Assembly (NCBI RefSeq): GCF_002113885.1
Contig: NW_018406690.1
Coordinates: forward strand, 456,520 to 520,519
Length of the DNA: 64,000 nucleotides
Direction of reading: 5' to 3'
Source of the DNA: Mizuhopecten yessoensis
Lineage: Eukaryota
The translations under genes were made by a program, and so were the position numbers. Under the pieces are notes generated by a model, which was given only the letters and a program-made list of their open reading frames with translations, had not been told where the DNA came from and did not search any database. This document shows, piece after piece, positions 50,726 through 64,000 of this stretch. Every line of letters starts with the position of its first letter. The first letter of the stretch is position 1.

Positions 50726-53157
50726 GTTAAGCATGCAAATATATAGAGGTTGATTATTGCATAAGTGTGTTACTCAATCATAAGTCTGGTTTCTATAATA
50801 TATATCATTAGTTTAAGACAGAAATGGAGTAAACAAATTACCCCTCCGCTGTACTCGATATAGTCACCAAGACATGCGTCTGATACCTGTGATTTTACGA
50901 GTTCAAATCTGAAGAGCTAATCAATAAATTTACGACTTGACTCCCATATATCACTTGTGAACAAGACAATAATCTTTGCAATATGTTATTTATATATATG
51001 TATAAACGATGACCATATTCTAGTAAAAATATCAACGGACTAAATATATCACTTTCGGTGCCATATAACTAATTTTGTATCACTGAGATTAAATTGAGGA
51101 TAAATGTCAACACGAGATGACATGTTTATGACAGATTGTACTTAACAGGATAGACATACAGTTCAAATGAGATAAGTGTATCATCTCGTGATACAATGTA
51201 CTGATAGAACTGATGATGTGACACCTGGATTGTCAGGTAGTACAGGTAAACCCCGTAACGTCAGCATACAGCCCAGACCTTGTCGTCGGGGACCTCATTT
51301 AAAACGTTGTAGGGAGGTGAACTGTGTAAAGACATCGTAAAGGTTAACAACCTTTCTGTATCAATGGTCAATAATTTACACTGGATTCACGGGAAAATAT
51401 GAATATATTTATGACAAATTATACTCTCGAGAATGTGATAGATCAACAACACATCACAAACTATGTTCAAGACCTACAATTCTCAAATATCATACACAGT
51501 GGTATTTTAACAAGAAAGCGAAAGTTGATGAGACATGAAATGAAAAAGTGTAACATATAATCAAACATAATGATTACTCATTATAACCGGGGGATGAAAC
51601 CAGATGGAGGGACCAACTGCTTATGAATGAATATATCAAGAAAACGTATCCTCTTTTTATTAACACGATTGATGTGAACATAAAATAATTTCTCATTCAA
51701 TAAATATTATCTTAACAAATCACAATTATAATAATAAAGAAAAATATGACAACAGCCTAGTGTCTATACATGTCATTTCCTTATAAATGTATAGTGGTTT
51801 ATATTTATTTTAAATCTACATAGTTTCACCTTTGACCTTGTACTAATTATCTTACGTCTGTAAAAAAACAACAACTTAATCCTGCTATTGTACATGGCAT
51901 ATTACGCACAATCTGTGTTGAAAGTTATGGCATGCTCTTTTTTAAAGATGTGATTTCAGCAAAGAATAAGTGATAACACGTTCTCTAGGTAGATGTACAA
52001 TCTTGGTATAATCAATCAATGCGTACTACGCATGCATAGCCGTGAGTTTGTATTGACTTAATCCCTACATATTTAAAGGACCATGCAGTGCAAGCGTGCA
52101 CACATCTGTCAACCGGGCCTAGTAACTGCAACGTAGTTTTGACGTCACTCAACAAAGTTCAACTAAGGTTGATTAAATAAACAGGAAACCTTACTACACC
52201 GTAAACATTACAACGTTGTCACACTACAGCTAGCTTGAATCGGTCCAAATAATTATTCATTACTAAGGGAGATTCACGAGATACACACGACGATATATCA
52301 TTGTGGTCTCAGTCTAGTATTAATCATGATTAACTGATAATGTGTCATCCATCTTATCGTTTGTCGACTATCAGTCTAGTGTGTGATTACAGTATAAATA
52401 ATGACTTCAATTAAGACTTCCTTTGTTGAAAAAATGCAGGTCCGTTTCTAGTGGCGGAAATGTACTCATGGTTTTGTTATGTTCTTAAGAGGGTACTTGG
52501 CACTACTTGTGACTAAACCACAAGAAAACAAGTATGATATGCTGTAATTGTTTTTAAACTGAACTATTTTTGATGTTTTCAAACAGCTCAATTTTTCCAA
52601 ACAAGTAGCATATATTCACATACAGCTTATTGAACAATATAGATAAACATTATAGCGACATTGAAAAGCTAACCATTAACCTGTAAATATTTATTGTAAT
52701 GGTCTCTCGACTAAAATTGGTTGTCTATGATGCAGTCTAAAATTAGGACTCCTATGAAAATCAGTACTGTTTGCGTCCTCAAGGGGCATAACATGAAGTT
52801 TACATACCAAAGATAGCAAATGTTAACGTTATAACGCGTTTTAAAGGCAATTTCTTTCCCCCATCTGCTGCATTTTCTGCATTTTTAGTCTTTTCACCTT
52901 AGTTATCACTGATGGGTCCTAAATAGACAATCTTGCCATACAGCGAAATAAATATTTATTTCGTTTAGATTTCTTAACATTGGTATTTTAGCTCGTCTTT
53001 GAGGTGATCATTATAAACCCAACGATGCGTTCTTTCTTTTTTCCTTCCTGACGAATTTTATTGTAACTTTTTTCAAATAAGCACGGGATACCTACAGCCT
53101 TTTAGATGTTATAAATATCAAAGAATCTCACTCTTCAGTTGTACGATTAGCAAACCT

Positions 53158-53855
53158 TTTGGCAACCGCTAAAGCTTCTGGCAACCGCTAAAGCTTTGGC
53201 AACAGTAAAAGCTTCTGGCAACCGCTAAAGCTTCGGCAACAGTTAAAGCTTCTGGCAACCGCAGAAAATTTGGCAACAGTTAAAGCTTCTGGCAACCGCT
53301 AAAACCTCTGGCAAAAGTAAAAGCTTCTGGCAACCGTTAAAGCTTTGGCAACCGCTAAAGCTTCTGGCAACCGCGAAAGCTTTGGCAACAGTAAAAGCTT
53401 CTGGCAACCGTTAAATCTTTGGCAACAGTAAAAGCTTCTTCTGGCAACCGTTAAAGCTTTGGCAACAGTAAAAGCTTCTTCTGGCAACCACTAAAGCTTC
53501 TGGCAACCACTAAAGCATCTGGCAACCGCTAAAGCTTCTGGCAACCGCTAAAACTTTGGCAACAGTTAAAGCTTCTGGCAACCGCTAAAACCTCTGGCAA
53601 AAGTAAAAGCTTCTGGCAACCGTTAAAGCTTTGGCAACCGCTAAAGCTTCTGGCAACCGCGAAAGCTTTGGCAACAGTAAAAGCTTCTGGCAACCGTTAA
53701 ATCTTTGGCAACAGTAAAAGCTTCTTCTGGCAACCGTTAAAGCTTTGGCAACAGTAAAAGCTTCTTCTGGCAACCACTAAAGCTTCTGGCAACCGCTAAA
53801 GCTTCTGGCAACCGCTAAAGCTTTGGCAACAGTTAAAGCTTCTGGCAACCCCTAA
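53158..53855. repeat. 18-19-bp satellite (GGCAACCGCTAAAGCTTCT / GGCAACAGTAAAAGCTT) with 286-bp higher-order duplication
   Basis: About 37 units. Block 53269-53508 is repeated at 53555-53794. Confidence 0.95.
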
Positions 53856-54094
53856 GGCTCGGAAGACGAACGTTAATGCCGCACATTTTATTACACTTAT
53901 AACATTTGGTAATAGACTAATATTACAAAATATGGTGATTGGTGATGCTAATGGCCAATTAGGCAGAAATTAAAATTGGTTTAACTAATGTTGAAAGCAA
54001 CGGCAATTTAAACCCCTTTATTATATTAATTCAAAAAAAATACAACAGTAGAAGTTAATTTCAAATAAATAATGGGGGCAATAAAAATAAATAC

Positions 54095-54167
54095 TGCCGA
54101 AACCCGGGATCGAACCAGGGACCTTTAGATCTTCAGTCTAACGCTCTCCCAACTGAGCTATTTCGGC
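54095..54167 (-). tRNA. tRNA-Phe-GAA: tRNA-Phe (GAA)
   Basis: GCCGAAATAGCTCAGTTGGGAGAGCGTTAGACTGAAGATCTAAAGGTCCCTGGTTCGATCCCGGGTTTCGGCA: 73 nt, intact cloverleaf, A and B boxes, and a Pol III T-run terminator at 54087-54083. Confidence 0.98.
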
Positions 54168-57100
54168 TCACGATATTGCAATAAGGATTTTTTATTCCAC
54201 ATTTTTCTCTGTGTAAATGATTGTCTTCTAACTTTCGATGTTGGATTTTGTCTTTTTGTATTGACGGAGTAACGGAGTACCTTATTTCATGCTATAAATA
54301 TTTAATCACATAAGAACTTATTACTAATTCAACAAAAGTTCCTCAAGGATAGCAAAGCTTGTCTTTTCGAAGAGTATTTGAAAAATGGTCCAAAATAGAT
54401 GAATTTTAACATTATACTTCATGAAATTGTTAAGTTCAACACAAGCATCAAACCACTAACCTGGAGAAAACAGGTAAAAACTCATTTGAAAAGTTCTCTT
54501 TTCATTTCCCTGTTTGTTACTTTATTTACCATGATGCCAATATAAGCATCCTAATACAAGGTCTAAAGGTGTTGTAGACTGGCCCCTGTTTCTAAAATAT
54601 TGCATTAAAAATAAAATGAAAAACATGACTCTCAAAGTATAACGATGATCACTGCGTTGTCTAATTCTTAATTAGGGGATATAATCTAGTAGTAAAATGC
54701 AGTTGGAAAATTCTTCATAACATTTCAGGGGCTGGTAGCCAGTCTAGTGTTGTTGATGAACTGAACACTTGCTGCAAACCTCTAACCATAGCCGATGCCG
54801 ACACCTATATGAATTCATAACCCATCTTTTTTCAAATTGGCGAGTTAAACATGTTTATTCAAAGCTACATATACATTTTTGATCATCCACACGCTCAAGA
54901 TTATCAAGGTTATGAAGTAACACATTACAAAAAGCCGAATATCTCCTTTATAAATTATCCGACAAGTACTGATATTTCCATTAAATTCGACATTACTAGT
55001 GTAAATGGATATGCCTTAATGCATGTGAACATTACACTTACAATAAAGTAAACGTCTAGTTCCACCTTTGTTCATATCCTGTTATTGGTATTTACATCAC
55101 AACATAATGTAAGCAGAAACCAAAAAAAGCAAAACGCATGGCACATGCAGATCAATCAACTGTGTTTGGTCTGAGTAACAGTGGCTACGTGGATGATTGA
55201 AGGAAGACACGTGAGGTAATTAACGGTACCTACGGTGGAACCTATGAGTGGTATGATATACTTATAGCTTAGTAGAATAATCGGGAGACGAGTAGGGGAA
55301 TGGTTGCTTTGGATTGCAAAGTGATGCCTAACACAATCAGTTTCACTATACTATTATTGTATCTACGTCCTGTTTTGATCTGAAGTGACCAAATCATGTT
55401 AGCAATGTAATTAATCAGTTTAAAAATCTAAACAAACATCTGAAGCGAAAATATCTCGAAACAAAATTGATAATCAGCTATATCATGTGTATCACGTGAT
55501 AAAACCGTCGATAGTTTTGTGTCTTTCTTTTCAAATCATGGGCATCGATATCGTTCAATCATGTAAGTAACATATCTGATCATAATGATGATGTTTAAAA
55601 AAAAAAATATCTTCCTGCCTACTTTTCTTCATGGTGATAAGCAATTATTCTCTCTGGTTGGCAGGTAGAATATGATTAATGAAGTCTGAGAAAATGATAG
55701 TATCTTTACTGGTGCTATTTTTGGGTCAATATGAAAAAAAAGGATACCAGCTCACTTGACCATATCACTGTAGACAGTGTGATCATGTATGAGAGATATT
55801 AATGAATCCGGGTTTAGGTTATTGAATATGGGTCTTGCAAATCAGCAAATATATTAGTACTGTGTATCTATTAATACTGAGATTAAAGCAATTCCTACGT
55901 CACTTGTGTTGACTGTGAAAAATATTTAACAATTATATCTTAATAAAATATCAAATAAACAATTTACCCTATCGTTAGTCTGGTCTCCTTGTCGAGATTG
56001 AAATCGATACAATAATTAATTACAGCTAAGTTTATTGTTAAAAAAGCCTTAACTGTCAAAGAGCTGTCATTTCTCAATCATTGAGGCTATAAATACAGGT
56101 ATCTCTGATGTCTACGATAAAATATCTCGCAAATTAAAACCAGGTACGAAAAACAATATGGCAGGTTTTTTAGTAGTTAGTTGTTTAGTATGTGGGTAAT
56201 CAACAGGATATTTGATACAGTGTATGACATAATATACCAATGAGAACAATAACATGTAGTTTGACCAGTAACAATGGATATATGGCTATGCTTTAAGACG
56301 ACCCTCCGGCGTATTGGTTTACTAAGCCGGATTAACATCTTGGTTTTGTGTTCGAGGATTATAGAGGGACATTCGAATACCCTACTTATCTGAAAGATAT
56401 CGCGTGTCTGCTGACTATAGATCATATGGCCCTTCAAAAGTCAGGTGAACCGACATCTATCTCGCATTACATTGACGTAATAGGTACATTGATTCTCATT
56501 CTTACTTACAGGCATTGGGCTTACTTATATTGCGGGGATCTAAACGAGTTCGGGGTTATAAAATAATATATAATAAAATATATCCAATTTGAGGTATGGC
56601 TAATTCTGCGTTCCTGCAAAATTTTAAAGCAAACATGATAAAGACAAAATGTGTTCGTTATTTTTGGTATCTGAATACTACTAAATCATTATATCTAGCT
56701 TGTGCATAGAATATTCAGAATTTTATATTTTATGAGCATGAACATTCAATACTATAATATTAGATGTGAGATGAAATATTCCGTAGTTTCTATAAAGTGC
56801 AATGGAATATTTAGTATTACATATTAAAAGACATAAAATTCAATTTTGTTAAGAGGACATGCAATATGAAGTATTTTGTGTTAACTGCGTGTAGTATGTA
56901 GCACACGTGCTATGGGTTTTTTTTATTGTTTGCTCATCAGCCATCGCTGACAAAGATTTATTTTGCTGTAATTGTAAATTGATAACTTGAGTTAATTTAC
57001 ATCTTGATAGACATATAGTTTGTCTTTGACTCGCGAGCAAAGTCAATCACAAATACCAATATTTCATGAAAAGTACTCTAGAAATTATAAGCAGTGGAAA

Positions 57101-58171
57101 AAAATGATGTTTTTCATTGAACAAATGGTGTGTTTGCATCACAACCGTGAAAATAAATATTTGCAGAAAATAATTAATTTTCAGCAGACTGATTGTAAGT
57201 GTATTGTTTGTGTATATATATCGCTCTCCTCCCGAGCCCCCCATACTGTAGTTCAGTACTGAATGTAATTATAGTGTTAAAATTCCTTGTCGTTAATCAA
57301 TTCAGTCTTTAGGAAACATAGCACGTGTATCGATAAACAAATTTTAAATCAAATGTGCCAGTCTGTTTTGACGATTAACCATATCGATTTTCTGGTAATT
57401 TCTTCAATTTATGTTATCAGATACAAGCATATTTACGTTAGTTTGTCCTAACATAAAGAAGGAGAAAGATAACAAAATAAATAACTTATCAAAGGTACTA
57501 TCTTTAATTTAGTAATTATCTCGTTGTGTACTCACTATTAGAGGCGATCTACCGTCTGGCACTGACGTTGTGACATAAATAATCCATTACTGTACAATAT
57601 ACTCCAGCCACTGGCCAGCACGCTATTTACCATCAGTGTCAAATGTAATGGTTTCTTGATAATGTAACCAAAAATGTTGTTGTATGCAAGTACTTGTGAA
57701 AAGAATCCACCTTTTGTGTCTGAATATGATTTATTTGCAGTTAATAAAAGTAAAAATATATAAATATTTACATGCTTACATTAGCAAATGTAAATACTTC
57801 CCTACTTCAGGGACGTATAATGGAATTCTATCCCTGCCTACTTACATCCTGAAATTGATAAGCGTATATAACTAATATCAGTTAATACATACAATACGTA
57901 CATTAAAAAAAATGATTAAACTAATATACATAAGTAAAAAGGTATACTTACTCACACAACTAAATGATGTATTTATGCACCATCATAAACTAGTTGATGT
58001 AAAAACGTACGTACTAACACAATAAAACGTATATACTTACACAATAACAGAAGTAATTGATTGTATTACATATTAATATAATGCAATTGATATCTTTATA
58101 TATTAACAATGTAATAAAATGTTTAGAATATGTTTCATTTAATTGACAAATTATCAGACCAAAACGTAAAC

Positions 58172-58359
58172 AATGGCGGTATTGTCATTCAAGGACGTGC
58201 CAGGTGGTCGAGGAAAGCCGGAGTTCCCAGAGAAAAACAACCGATCTACGGCCAGTACCTGGCGACTGCCCCACGTAGGTCTCGAACCCGCGACCCAGTG
58301 GTGGAGGGTTAGTGGTAGCAGAATGTCAGACGCCTTAACCACTTGGACACCCATAGACC
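58172..58359 (-). mobile_element. tRNA-derived SINE (V-domain-like core), copy 2
   Basis: The minus strand reads GTCCAAGTGGTTAAGGCGTCTGAC...GGGTTCGAGACCTACGTG...GTACTGGCCG...TTTTTCTCTGGGAACTCCGGCTTTCCTCGACCACC, with the same blocks as copy 1. Confidence 0.8.
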
Positions 58360-58574
58360 TGGAGAGGAGAAGGTATCATCCTTTATTTATTTTAAAGAAC
58401 TATGGCAAATTCCCAAAGGTTTATCTCCAACTGTCCTGTTTTATTTCATTCAACGTTCAAACATATGACATTAAATTCAATATGGACAACAAACTCTTTC
58501 ACCAGGGCCTGTTTGATGAAAATAATTCTATATATAATTATTTTAAGACAATGTTTGGGCGTCTGACGCAATTA

Positions 58575-58600
58575 ACACACACACACACACACACACACAC
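58575..58600. repeat. (AC)13 microsatellite
   Basis: Pure AC run. Confidence 0.9.
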
Positions 58601-58817
58601 ACCACCCACCACCCCATGCTAGGAGTCAATACAGCGCCTTCCAGCCCATCGTCTTTATAACGTTGTGAAGATAACTTATTGATATCAGCTAAGTAAGTAA
58701 CAATTCCAAATGTATGTGCATTTGTATGGATATATTGCATGCACAGTAATGACGCAGTAACCGACTTTATAGTACTGGTGAAAAGCAGGAGTTAAAGCAT
58801 GTAATTCAACAGAATCC

Positions 58818-59418
58818 CAATACAAGATAAATACTAGTCTAATGCAAGATTAATGCTAGAGTAATACCATGTTAAAACTACTCTAATGCAAGATTAATAC
58901 TACTCTAATCAGACTAATGCAAGATTAATACTAGACTACTCCAAGCTTAATACTACTCTAATGCAAGATGAATACTAGACTAGTACAAGATTAATACAAA
59001 TCTAATACAAGATTTATGTTAGACTAAAACAACGTTAATGCTAGTCTAGTGCAAGATTAATACTAGACGATTACAGGATTAATACTAGACTACTACAAGC
59101 TTAATACTACTCTAATGCAAGATTAATACTAGACTACAACAAGATTAATACTAGACTATTACAGGATTAATACTAGACTACTACAAGCTTAATACTACTC
59201 TAATGCAAGATTAATACTAGACTACAACAAGATTAATACTAGACTACTACAAGCTTAATACTACTCTAATGCAAGATGAATACTAGACTAGTACAAGATT
59301 AATACAAATCTAATACAAGATTTATGTTAGACTAAAACAACGTTAATGCTAGTCTAGTGCAAGATTAATACTAGACTATTACATTGCTAATATTAGTCAA
59401 ATATAAGATTAATACAAG
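58818..59418. repeat. ~21-bp satellite (CAAGATTAATACTAGACTA..) with ~308-bp higher-order duplication
   Basis: About 28 units. The variant block ~58947-59068 recurs at ~59254-59376. Confidence 0.92.
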
Positions 59419-60559
59419 TAAATGTTAGCTCAATAAAAGCGTACATGTGCATCAGCTTAAGTTGTACTCTCTTCAAACGTTGTAAAACTCGGACATGTAC
59501 TAGTTGAAAAAAAATGAGTCAAACAACTATGACTAAGTGAACTGGATACTTGTTTGTGTCTATTAATTTTCTTTAGAAGTCAAAACCTCTTCTCATAATT
59601 CAACCCCCAAACCAATGTGATGGCGACAAGGGCATGAGACATTTCTGTGTGTGCTCTGGTGACAAATAGCCGCGCAATATGGCCCCCAGCCACCGTCGCC
59701 TCGATTTTACACATGATGGTTTGGTAGAACACAGATAGAGACATCAAATGTACCTTAATGTGGTGATATTCGTGTTATAGACCATCTCAGTGACTGCTTG
59801 TTTAGTCTTAAATCTAACACCTTTCCTTTCTCTCATCTTAACATGTAATCAATTAAGTTAACATTTCAAAAGAACATGCTTTAATATTTGAAGTCAAAGA
59901 TTAAACAAACTGAAGTCGGCCTTTCTTGATGTGTGTTTGTTGGAAGTATATGACAAATGTGTTATTTGTGTTGCCTAGAAAGATTCGTACATAAATTCGG
60001 TGAGCTGTTAAAAAGATATATTTGAAGATGGGAAAATGTTTTTAGGACCCCCTTTTACCCTTTCACATTGTTTTAAAAGTTAAACAGTTTAAATCGATAG
60101 TCATTTGAAAATTGACGCCTTTATACGTATTCTCCTTGCGCTGGTTCAAGAGTGTCCATTTAAATCTTTCTTTTATTCATATTTTGCCCTAGTTTTACTG
60201 ATGTTGAGTTCGAATTATGGTTTTGTCGACACTTCTTGTTTTTTGCATTTTTTGTGCTAAACATATGTTTTCAGTTGTCGATGTACGCATGGATATTACA
60301 TGTAATGTGAATAGCAACACTCAAGAACAAAATCGAAATACAAAATCGATAATACAAAGGAATAAGGAAAATATCAAAACAAAGAGAAAGACACCATGAA
60401 TCCCAATATAAATAAATTCATTTTTGATAATTTTCTAGCCATCAAATCGCTTACTTATCTGGACCAAACTCTAGAATTCGGAGCAACTTATCAAGTATTC
60501 ATGAGAAGTAAAATGAAGTTCCAGATAATTACCGATTCTTCATCTGAATCAAACTAGTC

Positions 60560-60780
60560 ATTAACTAAGAGCTTACCAGAACAAATCTATCCAATACCAG
60601 TTATCAACTAAAAGCTTACCTGAACAAATCTTTCCAATACCAGTTATCAACTAACAGCTTACCTGAACAAATCTAACCAATACCAGTTATCAACTAAGAG
60701 CTTACCTGAACAAACCTTTCCAATACCAGTTATCAACTAAGAGCTTACCTAACAAATCTATCCAAAACCGGTAATTAACT
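60560..60780. repeat. 43-bp minisatellite (CTTACCTGAACAAATCTATCCAATACCAGTTATCAACTAAGAG), ~5 copies
   Basis: CTTACC at 60572, 60615, 60658, 60701 and 60744. Confidence 0.92.
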
Positions 60781-62289
60781 GTGTACTTTCCTAACAAAAC
60801 TATAAAACTCCAGTCACTCGTAAGTCCGAACCTAAACCAAACTATTATATATACAGCCAAGTATTTACCGGACACAAGCTATTGAATACTAGTCATTCGT
60901 GAGTGCCAAGTCCTTTCCTGAAACAAATTATCATCTCGTAAATTGAATTACTTCTGTTCACTTCTGATTAAAAACAAAAACTTCAGGTTTTTTTTTTATT
61001 TATCATTTTATAAAACATGCTCAATACATAAGACATTGCCCTATAAAATGACAGGTTGGTTAATAAATCTATCACTAGGAGAAATGCCCTACGTTGATAT
61101 GAAGATCGATGGTAACAATTATTTAATATGCATATAGCGATAACCTCTGTCGCCGGCCAAGGCCAGCTGACCACGTTGACCACTGCCACAAACAGTATAT
61201 CTTTACATATGACTGTGGTCAAGATTACTCATTTCACAATGTGGGGTCGGATCACAATATGAAAATTGCCGCAAATTTTTCAATTCAGACACCTGGATGA
61301 CGTCATTTTGAGGTGAAACAACTGGGGGTTGATTAGTGGTGTACTTAATTACACTGGTGGCGAGGGTCACAGCGTCCTCAGTATATTAGCATTATAGAGT
61401 ATTATCTCATCCTATCTAGTCCGTTTATAGTCAAAATAACATAACAAAGCAGAAAGCGGATGAAGTGGAATAAAGAAACAATTTTGCAAATCAATTTCTG
61501 AATATTTAATGACCATGTAATGTGTAACAGTAGTCATTAATGATTATAAACAATGAAAAATTACAAACAAAATGCAAACATTGTCAATTGTGTAATTTGC
61601 CTCTCTTCTTTGTAAAACTTGTCGAATGCTGTGCTTTTTTTTAATTGTATAGTTACATTTGTACTTTACATTCTGTCGCCTACTTACTAGGTTCGTTCGT
61701 CCTACGTGGTGGGTGACCACGTGTTATTGATGATGTTAGTAATTAATTATCACAGTCATACAAATCATATTAACGAACGGGGAGATGGGAAAATGAAATA
61801 GTATATATGCAGTATTGAGGAAAGCAAATTTCACCATATTATTAATGCTATTGGTTAAATGATGTTAGCTAATCAGATGTGAATGAATTGTGAACGATTT
61901 TATATATGTTTATTAACTAACGCTGCAAATACTACTCCGGGTACGTGCAAAATTGTACATAAAACTGTCGAAAGACAACATTAAATGCAAATCCCTGATG
62001 TCATAAAGATTAATTAAAAAAAAGTAAATCGTGAATAACATTTTTTTTGTAAACTTTAGAAACTAAATTTGTGATAATTGTTTACTACTTACAAAAATGT
62101 CAAAATTAAAAATATCAAAAGAATAATTTAGATTGTTTTCAAAGATTTGAATAAAAATGGAGGAGAAAGTGAAGATGGGTATGTTGAGGTCGGAACACCT
62201 TCAAACGTACTGAAGTAGGTGCTAGTACATATAAAGAAAGACATCATAAAAATTGACAGAATTTTATATAAAACGTTTTAATGTTTTTC

Positions 62290-63760
62290 TCAATAGTAGT
62301 TAAGCATCTGAACGCTGGCTAACTGCTTGAATTAGAGAGAAGAAGAGAGATTTCATTTATAACCTAGGGAATAATATACCTATTACAATTGTCAACTGTC
62401 TTGGTAAGCGTTTTTACTAAAATCGTTAACAAAAGTCTGGAAAAGTACTATGAAAACCTTGTTGAAATATTTGAAACCCTAGCTGGCCTTTAAAAGAATG
62501 CATTCACAGTATAATAATTGATTTGTGTTCAACTTACTAACATGATGAAATGATAAATGATAAGTTATATTGCTTTTTCATTCAATTTGAAATGGCGACT
62601 GATATGGTATTGTGAAACAAGCTAAGGAGCAAAAGATGAATAAATCAGAAAAATGATATCATACCTAGTATCAATAACAGTAATATCAATTGCAAAGAAA
62701 GAAAAAAAATTCAATTCTTGGTGAAGGCTGTTTTCCTTAGCATCGCCTTGTGACAAGGCCGAAATTGGTCTCAGTTTTATTCAGTTGTTATCTGAATGAT
62801 GTTGAAGATCTCATGACTCAACAATATACACTTGTATTCCTAAAAGGCTCAGTTTCCTAAGTAGCAAGTTTGAGAAAACCTCCGCGTTTATAACAAGTTT
62901 CCTTACTCTTTTATATGCAGATGACTCAACATTTTCTCTGCTTATCAAACTGTTTTGTACTTGTGACTCAATGTATTTGATAAATCCAATAAACCATGGA
63001 GATTGAAAGTAAATATTTAGTGAAACCAATCTATGGTCCTTTTACAGAAGCCAACTTCTTGAAATAGAAATGTTTTAAATTTTAATGGCGAGGAGATAAG
63101 ACAAAATATAACAGCTATAGTGTTAAAAAAAGTTCCTTGGGTTAAAAAGTTATAAAAAGAATTCATCAAATATGATATTTTGGACGGTGAACATCTCAAT
63201 CGGTTAAATCTCTATATGATAGCAAACCAAACACTTTTACAAAATAAAATAAATCTACTAATGTTTAACATATGAAAGTGAAAAGGATGAATACCTACCT
63301 GTGGTACATCTAAGGTTGATATTATATCTAGAATTAAACATTTATATAAATATTTACCTACTTATATGGTTTAAGCTCTTTGTAAGCAGATTCTCCGAGA
63401 TCACTTTGCTACAGAGCTAGGAGAGTGATGTTGACATTGTTCAAACAATGCAAGTGATAAACATTTCAAATCATAGACACTGTTCTTATGAAAGCTACCG
63501 GGATTTTTAAGATGATACCGAATTAAACCTGTTGTAAATAATCAGATATTCATTATAAAGATAGAAATATGGGACAGTATTAACCAACAATACAGAGTAG
63601 GTACGTTTTGCATTGATCACCTGAGTTACGTTTGATGTTATCATTTGTTGGGAAGTTTCTATCTTGTCTACAAGATAACAGATACTACTATACTCAACTT
63701 AATATTTAGATATCAGATTAGATAAATCTTGAAAGTATAAAAACCTTGAAGAAAGAATGT
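62290..63760 (+). mobile_element. Decayed non-LTR retrotransposon (LINE) reverse transcriptase relic, RTE-X/CR1-like
   Basis: RT motifs occur in order across stops and frameshifts: NLGNNIPITIVNCLGK (~62360-62408), KLYCFFIQF (~62562), QGRN..S..LFSCYLNDVE (~62755-62806), LYADDS (YADD at 62914-62925) and WRLKVN (~62997). Element boundaries are approximate. Confidence 0.8.
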
Positions 63761-64000
63761 AAATTTAATAAAAGGAAATAATAATCAGTAGTATTTGTCT
63801 TTCTATACTTATATTCTTACCACTGAGCACCTATCTATCTACATTGCATACATTTGAAATTATAAACATATCCCAATGTATGTAAATTGTAATGTTAAAT
63901 TAAGGACTTACAATTAAATAACACATATTTGGACAAATTGAAAAATATATGGTATTGAAGCAGGTGTCTTAATTGTTGGTTGAAGGCTGAATAAAGTTCG

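Noticed and set aside
53299-53773. Two identical 62-aa ORFs suggesting a gene duplication
   Set aside because: Products of the 286-bp higher-order repeat in the satellite.
58130-58622. 149-aa and overlapping ORFs
   Set aside because: They run antisense through a SINE and into an (AC)n tract.

Overview
AT-rich (about two-thirds A+T by eye) animal genomic DNA, most likely a mollusc/bivalve (inferred from the SINE, MITE and satellite types). Only one protein-coding gene is supported: a minus-strand KLF1/2/4-subfamily Kruppel-like factor. It has one large coding exon (18408-19652), two in-frame alternative first coding exons (19811-19843 and 20512-20598) and a ~1.55 kb 3' UTR. The rest is a gene desert containing an intact tRNA-Phe(GAA), two copies of a tRNA-derived SINE, several MITEs (one only 69 bp, with perfect TIRs and a 9-bp TSD), decayed LINE and Penelope-like relics, and about ten satellite arrays. 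The most striking signal is regulatory. A composite element (MEF2 box - 5 bp - TATATAAG) occurs twice just upstream of the KLF gene and closely resembles the vertebrate KLF2 MEF2/flow-response promoter element as I recall it. It is accompanied by miR-92-family seed sites in the 3' UTR and a KLF2-type FBXW7 phosphodegron in the protein. Together these suggest a vertebrate-like KLF2/4 control circuit in an invertebrate. All regulatory calls are motif-based inferences. Nearly all other ORFs in the track are spurious.
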